Below, one piece after another: positions 1 through 9,482 of a stretch of DNA of 64,000 nucleotides. Positions within the stretch are counted from its first letter, which is position 1, and each line of letters opens with the position of its first letter. A model generated the notes under the pieces. That model was not told the origin of the DNA and did no database searches. It saw only the letters and a list, made by a program, of their open reading frames with translations. The position numbers and the translations under genes were made by a program. This DNA comes from Bacteroidota bacterium (GTDB lineage Bacteria; Bacteroidota; Bacteroidia; Bacteroidales; FEN-979), in NCBI GenBank assembly GCA_037138335.1, contig JBAXIO010000005.1, positions 93,088 to 157,087 of the forward strand. Direction: 5' to 3'.

Positions 1-856
1 ATCGGAAAAGATCAAATCGGAGATTGCAAAGGAAGTCAAGCTTGAGTTTATCGACAAGGGGAAACCTGCGCCTCACCTGGCGGCGGTGCTTGTAGGCGAA
101 GATCCTGCAAGCCAGACTTATGTGGCAAATAAGGAGAAATCCTGCAAGGAAGTCGGGTTTACTTCATCCGTTTACAAGTATCCTGAGAATTTTACAGAAA
201 AAAACCTGCTTGATGTTGTTGATTTTCTTAATAATGACGGGGATGTTGACGGTTTTATCGTCCAGCTTCCACTCCCGAAGCATATCAATGAGCACAAGGT
301 GATTGAAAGGATCAGCCCATTGAAAGATGTCGACGGTTTCCATCCGGCCAATGTCGGGCGCATGATGCTGAACCTGCCGGCATTTCTTCCGGCAACACCT
401 TTTGGCATTATGACTTTGCTTGAGCGTTATCATATTGAAACCGAAGGGAAGCATGTTGTTGTCCTTGGCCGCAGCAATATCGTTGGTACACCCATCAGCC
501 TTATGCTTTCGAGGAAAGCAAAAAATGCAAATGCAACGGTTACCCTCTGCCACAGTTACACCCCTGACATTAAAAAATACAGCCTTGATGCCGACATCCT
601 GATAGTTGCCATGGGCAAATTGGGATTTGTCACTGCCGACATGGTTAAACAGGGCGCTGTGGTGATTGATGTGGGGATGCACCGTGTACCTGCCACTGAT
701 ACAAAATCAGGCTTCAGGCTAAAGGGAGATGTACGGTTCGACGAGGTCTCCAGGAAGTGTTCTGCCATAAGCCCGGTCCCGGGAGGAGTGGGGCTCATGA
801 CCATTGTTTCCCTTCTTCTTAATACCCTGAAGGCCGCAAAGAAAGAAATCAAATAA
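1..856 (+). CDS. folD: Bifunctional methylenetetrahydrofolate dehydrogenase/cyclohydrolase FolD (5' end lies upstream of the window)
   Basis: Frame 2 is open from base 2 (SEKIKSEIAKEVKLEFIDKGKPAPHLAAVLVGEDPASQTYV), so the track start at 86 is internal. Family motifs: GFIVQLPLP, VVVLGRSNIVGTP (NADP site), PVPGGVGLMT. Stop at 854-856. Confidence 0.9.
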   Translation, partial: SEKIKSEIAKEVKLEFIDKGKPAPHLAAVLVGEDPASQTYVANKEKSCKEVGFTSSVYKYPENFTEKNLLDVVDFLNNDGDVDGFIVQLPLPKHINEHKVIERISPLKDVDGFHPANVGRMMLNLPAFLPATPFGIMTLLERYHIETEGKHVVVLGRSNIVGTPISLMLSRKAKNANATVTLCHSYTPDIKKYSLDADILIVAMGKLGFVTADMVKQGAVVIDVGMHRVPATDTKSGFRLKGDVRFDEVSRKCSAISPVPGGVGLMTIVSLLLNTLKAAKKEIK

Positions 857-862
857 GTCTCT

Positions 863-1495
863 TTGGATAAGACTGCAGATATTTTATTGGCCGAAGGGAG
901 GCTGCTTCCCGTGATGGAAGAGTTTTACACACTCCAGGGCGAGGGTTTCAATACCGGGCAGGCTGCTTACTTTATCCGTATCGGCGGCTGCGACGTAGGT
1001 TGCAGCTGGTGCGACATCAAAGAAAGCTGGGATGCCCGGCTTTATCCCCCTGTTGATACGAACGGGGTCATTTCGAGAGCGGTTGAATTCCCGGGAAAAG
1101 CCGTAGTCATCACGGGAGGTGAACCCCTTAACTACAATCTGAATTATCTTTCACAGGGGCTAAGGCAGCATCATATTAAAATTTTTATAGAAACTTCAGG
1201 TTCCCGTCCGTTAAGCGGAGATCCTGACTGGCTATGCCTTTCACCAAAAAAAAGCAGCCCCCCTCTGGACAAGATTTGCATTAAAGCCGATGAACTCAAG
1301 GTGATTATCCTGGATGAAACAGATCTTGGCTGGGCTGAAGAAAACAAGGAGAGAGTCAGGCCTGGTTGCCTGTTATACCTTCAGCCCGAATGGAGCCGGA
1401 GGAATACAATATTGCCCCGCATCATCAGTTATATCAAGGAACACCCTCAATGGAGGGTGTCTTTGCAGAGCCATAAATATATGAGGATACCGTGA
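863..1495 (+). CDS. queE: 7-carboxy-7-deazaguanine synthase QueE (radical SAM)
   Basis: EEFYTLQGEG N-terminal motif, radical-SAM cysteine triad CDVGCSWCD, VITGGEP, C-terminal LQSHKYMRIP. The track start at 863 is TTG; an internal ATG about 17 codons downstream is an alternative start. Confidence 0.8.
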   Translation: MDKTADILLAEGRLLPVMEEFYTLQGEGFNTGQAAYFIRIGGCDVGCSWCDIKESWDARLYPPVDTNGVISRAVEFPGKAVVITGGEPLNYNLNYLSQGLRQHHIKIFIETSGSRPLSGDPDWLCLSPKKSSPPLDKICIKADELKVIILDETDLGWAEENKERVRPGCLLYLQPEWSRRNTILPRIISYIKEHPQWRVSLQSHKYMRIP

Positions 1496-3444
1496 AATTC
1501 CTGCATACTTCATACTGCATCCTTTTCATCATTCTGCTTGCCACCGGTACCCGGGCCCAGCAAGCAGGCAATCAGTTATCGACAAGCAATAAAAAGGCCG
1601 AAAAGGCATTTGATGCCGCGATGCAGGCATACCAGGCACGTGATTACAACCAGGCCATTATTGAAGTTACCCAGGCACTCAGGGCAGATTCTGATTTCTG
1701 TGAAGCCCTGATCCTGAAGGGTGACCTTTTCTCGGACCTCAAGAAGCCGGCTGAAGCAATTACCGAGTATAAAAAGGTTCTCAGAATAAATCCCCTTTTC
1801 TCGAACAACCTTTACTTTATTATAGGCGGGCTGGAACTTTACCTGGGGCGGTATAAGGATGCTGAAGCTGACTTTTCCCATTACCTCGAAGGAAAGAACG
1901 TCCCTGATACCAAGCGCAGAAAATCCCTGGCCCAGATTGAGAATGCCAGGTTCGGAGTTTATGCTTCACAACATCCTGTCCCGTTCAGTCCGGTAAACCT
2001 GGGCGACAGTATTAACAGCAGCTTTGATGAATATATCAATGCCGTGACCACCGATGAAGAATGTCTGTATTTTACCCGCAAGATCCCTCGAAGCGAAAAG
2101 AATGAAGAACTCAAAGGCTACGAGGAAGATTTTTATTTGGCCCTGAAAAGAGATTCCTCCATCTGGCACAGGGCCTTAAATATGGGGCCTCCCATTAACA
2201 CCGGTGGAAACGAGGGTGCCCTGAATATTTCCCCTGACGGGAGATACCTGTTTTTTGCGGGCTGTGACCGCCCCGACGGATACGGAAGCTGCGACATCTT
2301 CTGGTCAAAAAGAATGGGGGAGGGATGGAATGAACCCGAAAACCTCGGGCCTGTCGTCAATTCCACAACCTGGGATTCGCAACCTTGTTTCTCATCCGAT
2401 GGCAAAACACTTTATTTTGCAAGCAAACGCCCGGGAGGAAAGGGAAGTTCGGATATCTGGAAGGCTGAACTGAAAGCCGATGGCAGCTGGACCGAGCCTG
2501 TTAACCTCGGGGATTCGGTAAACACTCCTTATGAAGAGATGGCGCCTTTCATCCATGGCGACGGGCAAACCCTTTATTTCTCTTCGAGGGGGCATCCCGG
2601 GATGGGTGGTTCTGATCTGTTTTACTGCAGGCGTAAACCCGACAGTACATGGAGCAGGGCATTCAACCTTGGATTTCCGATCAACACGAACTTCGACGAG
2701 ATAGTACTGATTGTTAATTCCAGGGGTGATAAGGCGTACATTTCGTCAGATAAATTAGGCGGGTATGGGAGGCAGGACATTTATTCATTCCCGCTTTATC
2801 AGGAAGCCAGGCCGGTTCCTTCAACATATTTCAAAGGCATTGTGTTTGACAGTGAATCGGGAAAGAGGCTGCAGGCTAAATTTGAACTCATCAACCTCGG
2901 CGATGGAAAAACCGTGGCACGGTCGGTTTCCGACCCGGTAAACGGGGAATTCATGCTAGTGCTGCCCTCCGATAAGGATTATGCCCTGAATGTTTCAAAG
3001 GATGGTTACCTGTTTTATTCCGATAATTTTTCTCTTAAGGGCTTGCATGGTATCGACAAGCCGTTCATCAGGAACATTGGCCTTAAACCCGTCAAAGTTG
3101 GTGAAACTGTAATCCTCAGGAATATTTTCTTCGATACGGATAAATACTCGCTAAAACCGGAATCTGTTGCTGAACTTAATAAACTTCTTGACCTGCTGAA
3201 GGCAAACCCCTCGATAAAGCTAGAACTCAGCGGCCATACCGACATCATGGGCACACCGGCACATAACCTTGAACTCTCTCAAAACAGGGCAAAAGCAGTA
3301 TATGAATATCTTGTTACAAGTGGGATAGCTGCTTCCCGACTGAGTTTCAAAGGTTACGGACAAACACGTCCGGTTGATTCAAACGATACCGAGCAGGGCA
3401 GGGCCAACAATAGGCGCACCGAGTTCAGCGTCACCGGGAAATAA
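1492..3444 (+). CDS. OmpA-family outer-membrane protein with N-terminal TPR and TolB-like (PD40) beta-propeller repeats
   Basis: Signal peptide, TPR-like region, repeated SPDGRYLFF / SSDGKTLYFAS / HGDGQTLYFSS PD40 motifs. C-terminal OmpA_C motif: NIFFDTDKYSL...LSGHTDIMG...NLELSQNRAKAV...NNRRTEF. GTG start overlaps the queE stop by 4 nt. Confidence 0.8.
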   Translation: MKFLHTSYCILFIILLATGTRAQQAGNQLSTSNKKAEKAFDAAMQAYQARDYNQAIIEVTQALRADSDFCEALILKGDLFSDLKKPAEAITEYKKVLRINPLFSNNLYFIIGGLELYLGRYKDAEADFSHYLEGKNVPDTKRRKSLAQIENARFGVYASQHPVPFSPVNLGDSINSSFDEYINAVTTDEECLYFTRKIPRSEKNEELKGYEEDFYLALKRDSSIWHRALNMGPPINTGGNEGALNISPDGRYLFFAGCDRPDGYGSCDIFWSKRMGEGWNEPENLGPVVNSTTWDSQPCFSSDGKTLYFASKRPGGKGSSDIWKAELKADGSWTEPVNLGDSVNTPYEEMAPFIHGDGQTLYFSSRGHPGMGGSDLFYCRRKPDSTWSRAFNLGFPINTNFDEIVLIVNSRGDKAYISSDKLGGYGRQDIYSFPLYQEARPVPSTYFKGIVFDSESGKRLQAKFELINLGDGKTVARSVSDPVNGEFMLVLPSDKDYALNVSKDGYLFYSDNFSLKGLHGIDKPFIRNIGLKPVKVGETVILRNIFFDTDKYSLKPESVAELNKLLDLLKANPSIKLELSGHTDIMGTPAHNLELSQNRAKAVYEYLVTSGIAASRLSFKGYGQTRPVDSNDTEQGRANNRRTEFSVTGK

Positions 3445-3453
3445 TCCCCGCCT

Positions 3454-4581
3454 TCATATCTTGTCGCTGAGTTTTCCCCCTAATAAAAAAGCAAGCCGCG
3501 GAATGAGAGGGAATCTGCTGAAGGCATTCCTGATCAAGGTATTCTTCCTGAGTTCTTTTCCAAGTCTTTCCTTTATATCAAGGTCATAGGTTTTCATTGC
3601 CCTGCTGCTGAAATCCCCCGATCTGAAACATCTCAAGACCTGCATTGCCGATGCATTCCCGCTAACAACAGCGTTCCCGATGCCGGCCCCGCTCAGAGGG
3701 TCGGCCAGGGATGCCGCATCACCGGCCAGCACAAACCCTTCGCCTGAGATAACAGGTTTACACGAGCCGAGGGGAATCCCACGGCTTTCCAACGGGCCGT
3801 GCTGTTCGGCATGCATGAATTTTTTATGCAAGGGCCCGTTTTCCTGCATTATTCGCGTGAAAGCTTTCTTAAGATTGATGTCTGCGGATGATATTTCGTC
3901 GGATAACAAACCGTAACCGGCATTTACAAGCCCGCCGTAAATGGGAAAGATCCAGAAATACCCTGAGCCGTAATGCCTCCCGGCATAGAACTCAGTAAGG
4001 TCTTCACGAACACCTGAAACTCCTTTAAAGTAGGCCCTAACCGCTGAAACATGGTGTTTCCTGCTGATTTTATTGCCTCCCAGCAAGCTCGAGGATAATC
4101 CGTTTATGCCATCAGCACCAACGATCATTCTGCAATTAATTTCCAGGCTCCCGCTTTTCGTAATCACTATAAAGCCTTCAGCCGTCCTCTTTATATCAGC
4201 AACATCTGCTTCCTGGTATATGGTTATCGATGGCAAGCATGAGGCAAGTTCAAGTAAAAAGTTGTCAAAATACAGCCTCCTGCATGTGTAGGCCTCGTTC
4301 TCCCAATGCTTGAGAAAAAACCTGTTGTCATAATGGAAAACCGATCCCCTGGTCCGGAGTTTTTGTGTTACTTTCAGGAATTCCCGGTCGAAACCGGGGA
4401 CAATTTGCTTCAGGGTTTTAATGGCTTCCCCGGGTATCGCATCCCCGCAAACCTTGTCTTTCGGGAATTTCTGCTTTTCCATTAATGCTATCCGCAGTCC
4501 TGAACCCAAAAGGGAAAGGGCACAGGCGGTTCCTGCCGGCCCCCCACCCAGGATAACCAGGTCGTAATTTATTTCAGCCAA
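3454..4581 (-). CDS. FAD-dependent oxidoreductase, geranylgeranyl-reductase family
   Basis: N-terminal dinucleotide fold YDLVILGGGPAGTACA, GADGINGL, C-terminal GDAASLADPLSGAGIGNA motif typical of this family. Confidence 0.7.
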   Translation of the reverse strand: MAEINYDLVILGGGPAGTACALSLLGSGLRIALMEKQKFPKDKVCGDAIPGEAIKTLKQIVPGFDREFLKVTQKLRTRGSVFHYDNRFFLKHWENEAYTCRRLYFDNFLLELASCLPSITIYQEADVADIKRTAEGFIVITKSGSLEINCRMIVGADGINGLSSSLLGGNKISRKHHVSAVRAYFKGVSGVREDLTEFYAGRHYGSGYFWIFPIYGGLVNAGYGLLSDEISSADINLKKAFTRIMQENGPLHKKFMHAEQHGPLESRGIPLGSCKPVISGEGFVLAGDAASLADPLSGAGIGNAVVSGNASAMQVLRCFRSGDFSSRAMKTYDLDIKERLGKELRKNTLIRNAFSRFPLIPRLAFLLGGKLSDKI

Positions 4582-4672
4582 GATTCCTTCTCATTTTCGT
4601 GTAAAAATACTGCATTTCAGAAGGATATTAAGATAAGTTGCAATGATTCTTGGCGGTTTCCTTAATTATATG

Positions 4673-4680
4673 TAATTTTG
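4673..4680 (+). promoter_or_regulatory. Candidate Bacteroidota -7 promoter box (TAATTTTG, consensus TAnnTTTG) upstream of thrS
   Basis: Exact match to TAnnTTTG, 28 nt upstream of the thrS ATG at 4708, in a 126-nt intergenic spacer. Confidence 0.35.
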
Positions 4681-4707
4681 CACCCCTAATTTGACAGAGG
4701 TATAGTA

Positions 4708-6651
4708 ATGATCAAGATTACTTTGCCAGACGGTTCCATAAGAGAATACCCTAGCGGTGTCACCGGGCTGGAAGTTGCGAAAAGTATAAGCGAAGGACTG
4801 GCGCGCAATGTGCTGGCTGCAAAAGTTAATAATGAGGTGTGGGATGCAACACGGCCCATTACTTCCGATTCCACCCTGAAACTTCTTACCTGGAACGATG
4901 CTGAAGGAAAGTCTGCGATGTGGCATTCATCGGCCCATTTGATGGCTGAAGCTATTGAACAGCTGTATCCGGGAGTTAAATTCGGGATTGGCCCCGACAT
5001 TGAGAACGGATTTTACTATGATATTGACTTTCGCGACCGAACGATCTCATCCGAAGATTTTCCAAAAATAGAGGCAAAGATTCTCGAATTTGCAAAGGAA
5101 AAGCAGGTATTTTTAAGGAAAGAGGTTGCTAAATCGTCAGCTATTGAATATTTTACCACGAAAGGCGACGAGTACAAGACCGAGCTGATAACCGACCTGG
5201 CCGACGGGGAAATCACTTTTTATGAATCAGGTCGTTTCACCGATCTCTGCAGGGGCCCGCATATACCCGATACCGGTTTCATCAAGGCTGTAAAACTTCT
5301 GAATATTGCCGGTGCATACTGGAGGGGCGATGAAACACGCAAACAGCTTACCCGTATTTACGGTATTACCTTCCCCAAGCAAAAGGAACTCGAAGAATAC
5401 ATGGTATTGCTCGAGGAAGCCAAAAAACGCGACCACCGCAAGCTGGGGAAAGAGCTTGAGTTGTTCACATTCTCCCAGAAAGTGGGGCTAGGGCTCCCGC
5501 TATGGCTGCCGCGTGGCGCCCAACTTCGTGAACGCCTTGAAATGTTCCTGAAAAAGGTTCAGAAGAAAGCCGGATATGAACCTGTGATATGCCCGCATAT
5601 CGGTAATGTTGAGCTTTATAAGACATCCGGCCATTTTCAGAAATACGGCGAAAGTTCTTTCAGGCCGATAACGACCCCGGTTCCGGGCGAGGAGTTCTTT
5701 CTTAAACCAATGAACTGTCCTCACCATTGTGAGATATATAAACATAAGCCGCGTTCCTACCGCGACCTGCCTGTAAGGCTTGCCGAGTTCGGCACCGTAT
5801 ACCGCTATGAACAAAGCGGGGAACTTCACGGGCTTACGCGTGTACGGGGATTTACCCAGGACGATGCCCATATCTTTTGCACACCTGAACAGGTCAAGGA
5901 TGAGTTCAAGGGGGTGATGGACATCGTTATGCTGATTTTTAAAGCTCTCGATTTTAAGGATTTCATTGTTCAGATTTCACTTCGTGACACCAAAAACAAG
6001 GAAAAATATATCGGTTCAGACGAAAACTGGGAGAAAGCCGAGTCGGCGATCCTAGAAGTCGCAGCCGAACGTAATCTGAATACCGTGATAGTGCCAGGGG
6101 AAGCGGCATTCTACGGCCCGAAGATGGATTTTATGGTCAAGGATGCCCTCGGAAGGAAATGGCAGCTAGGCACAATCCAGGTCGACTACAACCTTCCGGA
6201 ACGGTTTGAACTGGAATACATAGGGGCCGATAACCAGAAACATCGCCCTGTGATGATACATCGTGCCCCCTTCGGGTCTATGGAACGCTTTGTTGCCGTG
6301 CTCCTGGAACATACTGCCGGGAACTTCCCGCTGTGGCTTACCCCCGATCAGGCTATCATACTTCCTATCAGTGAGAAATATACTGAGTATGCAAAAAAAG
6401 TTTTGCATTTGCTGGATAATTCCGAAATTCGTGCACGGATAGATGACCGTAACGAAAAGGCCGGCAAGAAGATACGTGATGCTGAACTCTCCAAGGTGCC
6501 GTTTATGCTGGTAGTAGGAGAGAGGGAAGAAGCTGAAGGCAGCGTTTCGGTGCGTAAACACACACAGGGAGACCTTGGTCCGCAGAAAGTTGAAGAATTT
6601 ATTCGGTTTATAAAAGAAGAAGTAAACAAGGAATTAGGAGATTTACAATAG
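4708..6651 (+). CDS. thrS: Threonine--tRNA ligase
   Basis: TGS-domain N-terminus [10 protein letters not shown], editing-domain HSSAHLMA, class II core [11 protein letters not shown] / FRPITTP...KPMNCPHH / [16 protein letters not shown] / [11 protein letters not shown], 647 aa. Confidence 0.95.
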   Translation: MIKITLPDGSIREYPSGVTGLEVAKSISEGLARNVLAAKVNNEVWDATRPITSDSTLKLLTWNDAEGKSAMWHSSAHLMAEAIEQLYPGVKFGIGPDIENGFYYDIDFRDRTISSEDFPKIEAKILEFAKEKQVFLRKEVAKSSAIEYFTTKGDEYKTELITDLADGEITFYESGRFTDLCRGPHIPDTGFIKAVKLLNIAGAYWRGDETRKQLTRIYGITFPKQKELEEYMVLLEEAKKRDHRKLGKELELFTFSQKVGLGLPLWLPRGAQLRERLEMFLKKVQKKAGYEPVICPHIGNVELYKTSGHFQKYGESSFRPITTPVPGEEFFLKPMNCPHHCEIYKHKPRSYRDLPVRLAEFGTVYRYEQSGELHGLTRVRGFTQDDAHIFCTPEQVKDEFKGVMDIVMLIFKALDFKDFIVQISLRDTKNKEKYIGSDENWEKAESAILEVAAERNLNTVIVPGEAAFYGPKMDFMVKDALGRKWQLGTIQVDYNLPERFELEYIGADNQKHRPVMIHRAPFGSMERFVAVLLEHTAGNFPLWLTPDQAIILPISEKYTEYAKKVLHLLDNSEIRARIDDRNEKAGKKIRDAELSKVPFMLVVGEREEAEGSVSVRKHTQGDLGPQKVEEFIRFIKEEVNKELGDLQ

Positions 6652-6652
6652 T

Positions 6653-6704
6653 GTGACCGTTGAACAGTCACTAGTCACCAGTCACCGTTCACCGTTCACT
6701 TTTT
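6653..6704 (+). terminator. Terminator/attenuator-like element between thrS and infC: GTGACCGTTGAAC (6653-6665) can pair with GTTCACCGTTCAC (6687-6699), followed by T5
   Basis: Hand pairing gives 11 of 13 base pairs, followed by TTTTT at 6700-6704. The 3' arm is part of the heptamer array, so alternative pairing registers exist. Confidence 0.4.
6666..6700 (+). repeat. Five perfectly phased tandem heptamers: AGTCACT AGTCACC AGTCACC GTTCACC GTTCACT
   Basis: Read directly: 5 x 7 nt with invariant TCAC core. An inverted copy (GTGAC...GTTGAAC) lies just upstream at 6653-6665. Confidence 0.9.
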
Positions 6705-6719
6705 AAAAAAGGAGGAAAT

Positions 6720-7274
6720 ATAGCAACACCTTATCAACATCCGAGAAGGTTCACAAGGCCGCAAAAAAAGGAGGATCTCCACAACATCAACCAGAATATC
6801 AAGTCACCGGTTGTGCGTGTGGTTGGCGAGAACATAACGCCGGGTATCTATAACCTCAGGGAGGCTCAGAATATTGCCGAAAACATCGGCCTTGACCTGG
6901 TTGAAATATCCCCGACCGCAAATCCGCCGGTATGCAAGGTTGTGGACTATAAGAAATTCCTTTATGAGCTGAAGAAGAAGCAAAAGGAAATGAAAGCCAA
7001 AACGGCTAAAATTGTTATTAAGGAAATTCGTCTGGGGCCGAATACCGATGACCATGATTTCAATTTCAAACTGAACCATGCAATCAAATTCCTGAAAGAA
7101 GGTGCAAAAGTCAAAGTCGACGTTTTCTTCAAGGGCCGTTCAATCATATATAAGGAACAAGGTGAACTCATCCTACTGAAATTTGCCCAGTCGGTCGTTG
7201 ATTACGGGAAGATTGAACAAATGCCAAGGCTTGAAGGAAAAAGAATGATTATGATCATAGCGCCGAAGAAATAA
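6720..7274 (+). CDS. infC: Translation initiation factor IF-3, start assigned to a non-canonical ATA codon
   Basis: The track ORF (GTG 6813) would delete the conserved N-terminus; the frame is open back to TAG at 6672-6674. NINQNIKSPVVRVVGENI aligns with the E. coli IF3 segment RINGEIRAQEVRLTG. There is no ATG/GTG/TTG between 6675 and 6812. ATA at 6720 lies 4 nt after AGGAGG (6710-6715). Core motifs: DLVEISP...NPPVCKVVDYKKFLYE. Confidence 0.8.
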   Translation: MATPYQHPRRFTRPQKKEDLHNINQNIKSPVVRVVGENITPGIYNLREAQNIAENIGLDLVEISPTANPPVCKVVDYKKFLYELKKKQKEMKAKTAKIVIKEIRLGPNTDDHDFNFKLNHAIKFLKEGAKVKVDVFFKGRSIIYKEQGELILLKFAQSVVDYGKIEQMPRLEGKRMIMIIAPKK

Positions 7275-7276
7275 AC

Positions 7277-7348
7277 GAATACCGAATATTGAATAAGGAA
7301 TATTGAATGCTGAATTAAAGCGAATTGTAGAATAACCGAATTTTGAAA
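7277..7348 (+). repeat. GAAT-core repeat array in the infC-rpmI spacer (six copies at exact 7-nt spacing, then three more GAAT plus one GAAA)
   Basis: GAAT starts at 7277, 7284, 7291, 7298, 7305, 7312 (period 7), then 7322, 7330, 7338, and GAAA at 7345. The array begins 3 nt after the infC stop. Confidence 0.85.
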
Positions 7349-7394
7349 TAGCAATAAGAACTTTTAATAACCTCAAATAATAACAAACAGAATC

Positions 7395-7589
7395 ATGCCA
7401 AAAATGAAGTCGAAATCCGGCGCGAAAAAACGGTTCACATTAACCGGTACCGGAAAAATCAAGAGAAAGCATGCCTTCAAAAGCCACATCCTGACCAAAA
7501 AGTCAACGAAACGGAAACGTAATCTTACGTATTCAACACTCGTTGACAAGGCCGATGCCGCTAATGTTAAGGAAATGCTTCAAAATTAA
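7395..7589 (+). CDS. rpmI: 50S ribosomal protein L35
   Basis: [14 protein letters not shown]...[17 protein letters not shown], 64 aa, in the conserved infC-rpmI-rplT order. Confidence 0.92.
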   Translation: MPKMKSKSGAKKRFTLTGTGKIKRKHAFKSHILTKKSTKRKRNLTYSTLVDKADAANVKEMLQN

Positions 7590-7661
7590 ATTATGTCGAA
7601 CTTGCAACCAGCTTTAAGATCCCTGTAGAATAGGGGCGCTGATGCAAAAAAAAGTAAAAAA

Positions 7662-8009
7662 ATGCCAAGATCAGTAAATGCAGTTGCCTCCAGGGCCAGA
7701 AGGAAAAAGGTCCTTAAACAAGCCAAGGGGCAATTTGGAAGAAGAAAAAATGTTCTGACCGTAGCTAAAAACTCGGTTGAGAAAGGACTGGGCTATGCTT
7801 ATCGCGACCGCCGTACCAAGAAAAGGAACTTCCGCGGTCTGTGGATCACCCGTATCAATGCAGGTGTGCGCCAGTTCGGATTATCGTATTCGGTTTTTAT
7901 GGGAAAACTTGCTGAAAAAAATATCGCATTGAACCGCAAAACCCTTGCCGACCTCGCAATGAACCATCCTGATGCTTTTAAAGCTATTGTTGAAGAAGTC
8001 AACAATTAG
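7662..8009 (+). CDS. rplT: 50S ribosomal protein L20
   Basis: [30 protein letters not shown]...[23 protein letters not shown], 115 aa. Confidence 0.95.
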   Translation: MPRSVNAVASRARRKKVLKQAKGQFGRRKNVLTVAKNSVEKGLGYAYRDRRTKKRNFRGLWITRINAGVRQFGLSYSVFMGKLAEKNIALNRKTLADLAMNHPDAFKAIVEEVNN

Positions 8010-8023
8010 GAAAATAAATAACG

Positions 8024-8054
8024 AAAAAGGGCGCCTGCACAAGGCGCCTTTTTT
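8024..8054. terminator. Bidirectional rho-independent terminator between convergent rplT and the thioredoxin-fold gene
   Basis: AAAAAGGGCGCCT gcac AAGGCGCCTTTTTTTT: palindromic GGCGCC stem extended by A-run/T-run pairing. Confidence 0.8.
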
Positions 8055-9473
8055 TTACCTGTCCTTTTTCCTGTAATAATTCTCAAGAAATTTTTCTATC
8101 TGATCAACGGCGAGCCTTTTGGCTATGATCTCCTTCTGCTCGTTGAGTATATAGATAACCGGGGTGGAAATAATGTCGTACTGCGCATGGAGTTCCCCGG
8201 TAAGTGTGCGTGGACCGTTAACATTGATCCAGTTCATCTTCTTCTTTTTGATGAAGTTTTTCATTTTAACCATGGACGAATCGGTACAAACAGCGTAGAT
8301 CTCCAGTCCGAATTTCAACTGGTCTTTATCATAAAATTCCTTCAGTTTTGGTATTTCCTGGGCACAATTTCCGCACTCAGGATCCCAGAACAGTATCAGC
8401 AACGTCTTTGCATTTACATTATACATGGAGACCAGCTGCAGGCTGGTGTCCTGCATGATCATGTTGGGAGGCCGTTTCCCGATTAAAAGCGATTCCATCC
8501 TGGCAGCTTTTTTTATGATCTCCTTTTTTACAGTCTCGTCCACCCATGGGGTTTGGTTCGTTACGTAATATTTGTTTACTACATGGACGAAAACCTTGTC
8601 AAACCCCATGATATCTGAATTTTCATAGTGCCGGGTGAAAAACCAGACCATATATTTGAACATTTCAGGGTTGATCCTTGATTTTTCGATCAGGAAATCG
8701 GCTTCACTGATTATGGAATCAGGCAGCTGGGGAAGAACTTTATCGAAATACTTTACAAGTTTTGCGTGAAATACAGGCGTTCGTAAAGCCCTGTCATCGG
8801 TAAAGCTTACATCGTCCCAGAAATGATTCCTGTAATACCTGTATGCAAAAGCAGAGTCCTTGCGGCCGTTCGGAAGGATGGGGGCCTGGGGTATTTCAGG
8901 TTCCTTCATGATATTAATCATGAAAGCGACAAACGATTCCGGGTGCTGCCTAACAATGTTCAGTTTATACTCTATGATGACCTTGTTGAGCTTAACAATG
9001 CTGTCGGAGAGAAATTTAACCGAGTCGGCGTTCTTTGAATGTTTGTCCATCTCTTTTTGGAAAGCCTGTACCTTGTCATACTCCTGCTTGTTGAACTTAA
9101 GGTAATCATAGAATAATATGTTGTCTGGAGAACCTTTGATGCTCATTGATTTCAGAGTGTTGGCTTTATCAGTCTCTATGCTGAACTCCATATCCTTATC
9201 AATAATGAAATCAAAGTAATTTTTGTCGGAAATAATAAAAATATAAATGCCCTTTGGCAGGTCCGCAGCTGCAGCATATGTGCATTTCCCTGATTTGTCA
9301 AGCTTCAATGTGTCTTTAATATATGTCCCGCTGCCGTAATAGTTTGCAATGAGACATGTCGTATCTTTAAGACCTTTAATATGGAATTGCAATTTATACC
9401 CCTTTTGCGCTGATGCAGGGAAAACACAGCCGTAAAAAAGAGCCAGTAATAACAGTTTTATTAAGGTTTTCAT
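8055..9473 (-). CDS. Secreted thioredoxin-fold (TlpA/ResA-like) thiol-disulfide oxidoreductase with a large N-terminal domain
   Basis: Signal peptide MKTLIKLLLLALFYGCVFPASAQ. C-terminal redoxin domain with the CXXC motif FWDPECGNCAQEIPKL. Confidence 0.7.
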   Translation of the reverse strand: MKTLIKLLLLALFYGCVFPASAQKGYKLQFHIKGLKDTTCLIANYYGSGTYIKDTLKLDKSGKCTYAAAADLPKGIYIFIISDKNYFDFIIDKDMEFSIETDKANTLKSMSIKGSPDNILFYDYLKFNKQEYDKVQAFQKEMDKHSKNADSVKFLSDSIVKLNKVIIEYKLNIVRQHPESFVAFMINIMKEPEIPQAPILPNGRKDSAFAYRYYRNHFWDDVSFTDDRALRTPVFHAKLVKYFDKVLPQLPDSIISEADFLIEKSRINPEMFKYMVWFFTRHYENSDIMGFDKVFVHVVNKYYVTNQTPWVDETVKKEIIKKAARMESLLIGKRPPNMIMQDTSLQLVSMYNVNAKTLLILFWDPECGNCAQEIPKLKEFYDKDQLKFGLEIYAVCTDSSMVKMKNFIKKKKMNWINVNGPRTLTGELHAQYDIISTPVIYILNEQKEIIAKRLAVDQIEKFLENYYRKKDR

Positions 9474-9482
9474 CAGGTTTCT

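Noticed and set aside
164-682. 172-aa antisense ORF inside folD. The same class includes 5500..5871, 6166..6561, 23703..24191, 35806..36303, 52957..53409, 62610..63134 and most other 60-170 aa track entries.
   Set aside because: Each lies antisense or out of frame within a long ORF that carries clear family motifs. Their translations are low-complexity or Arg/Ser/Leu-rich, as expected for shadow frames, and none has its own intergenic space.
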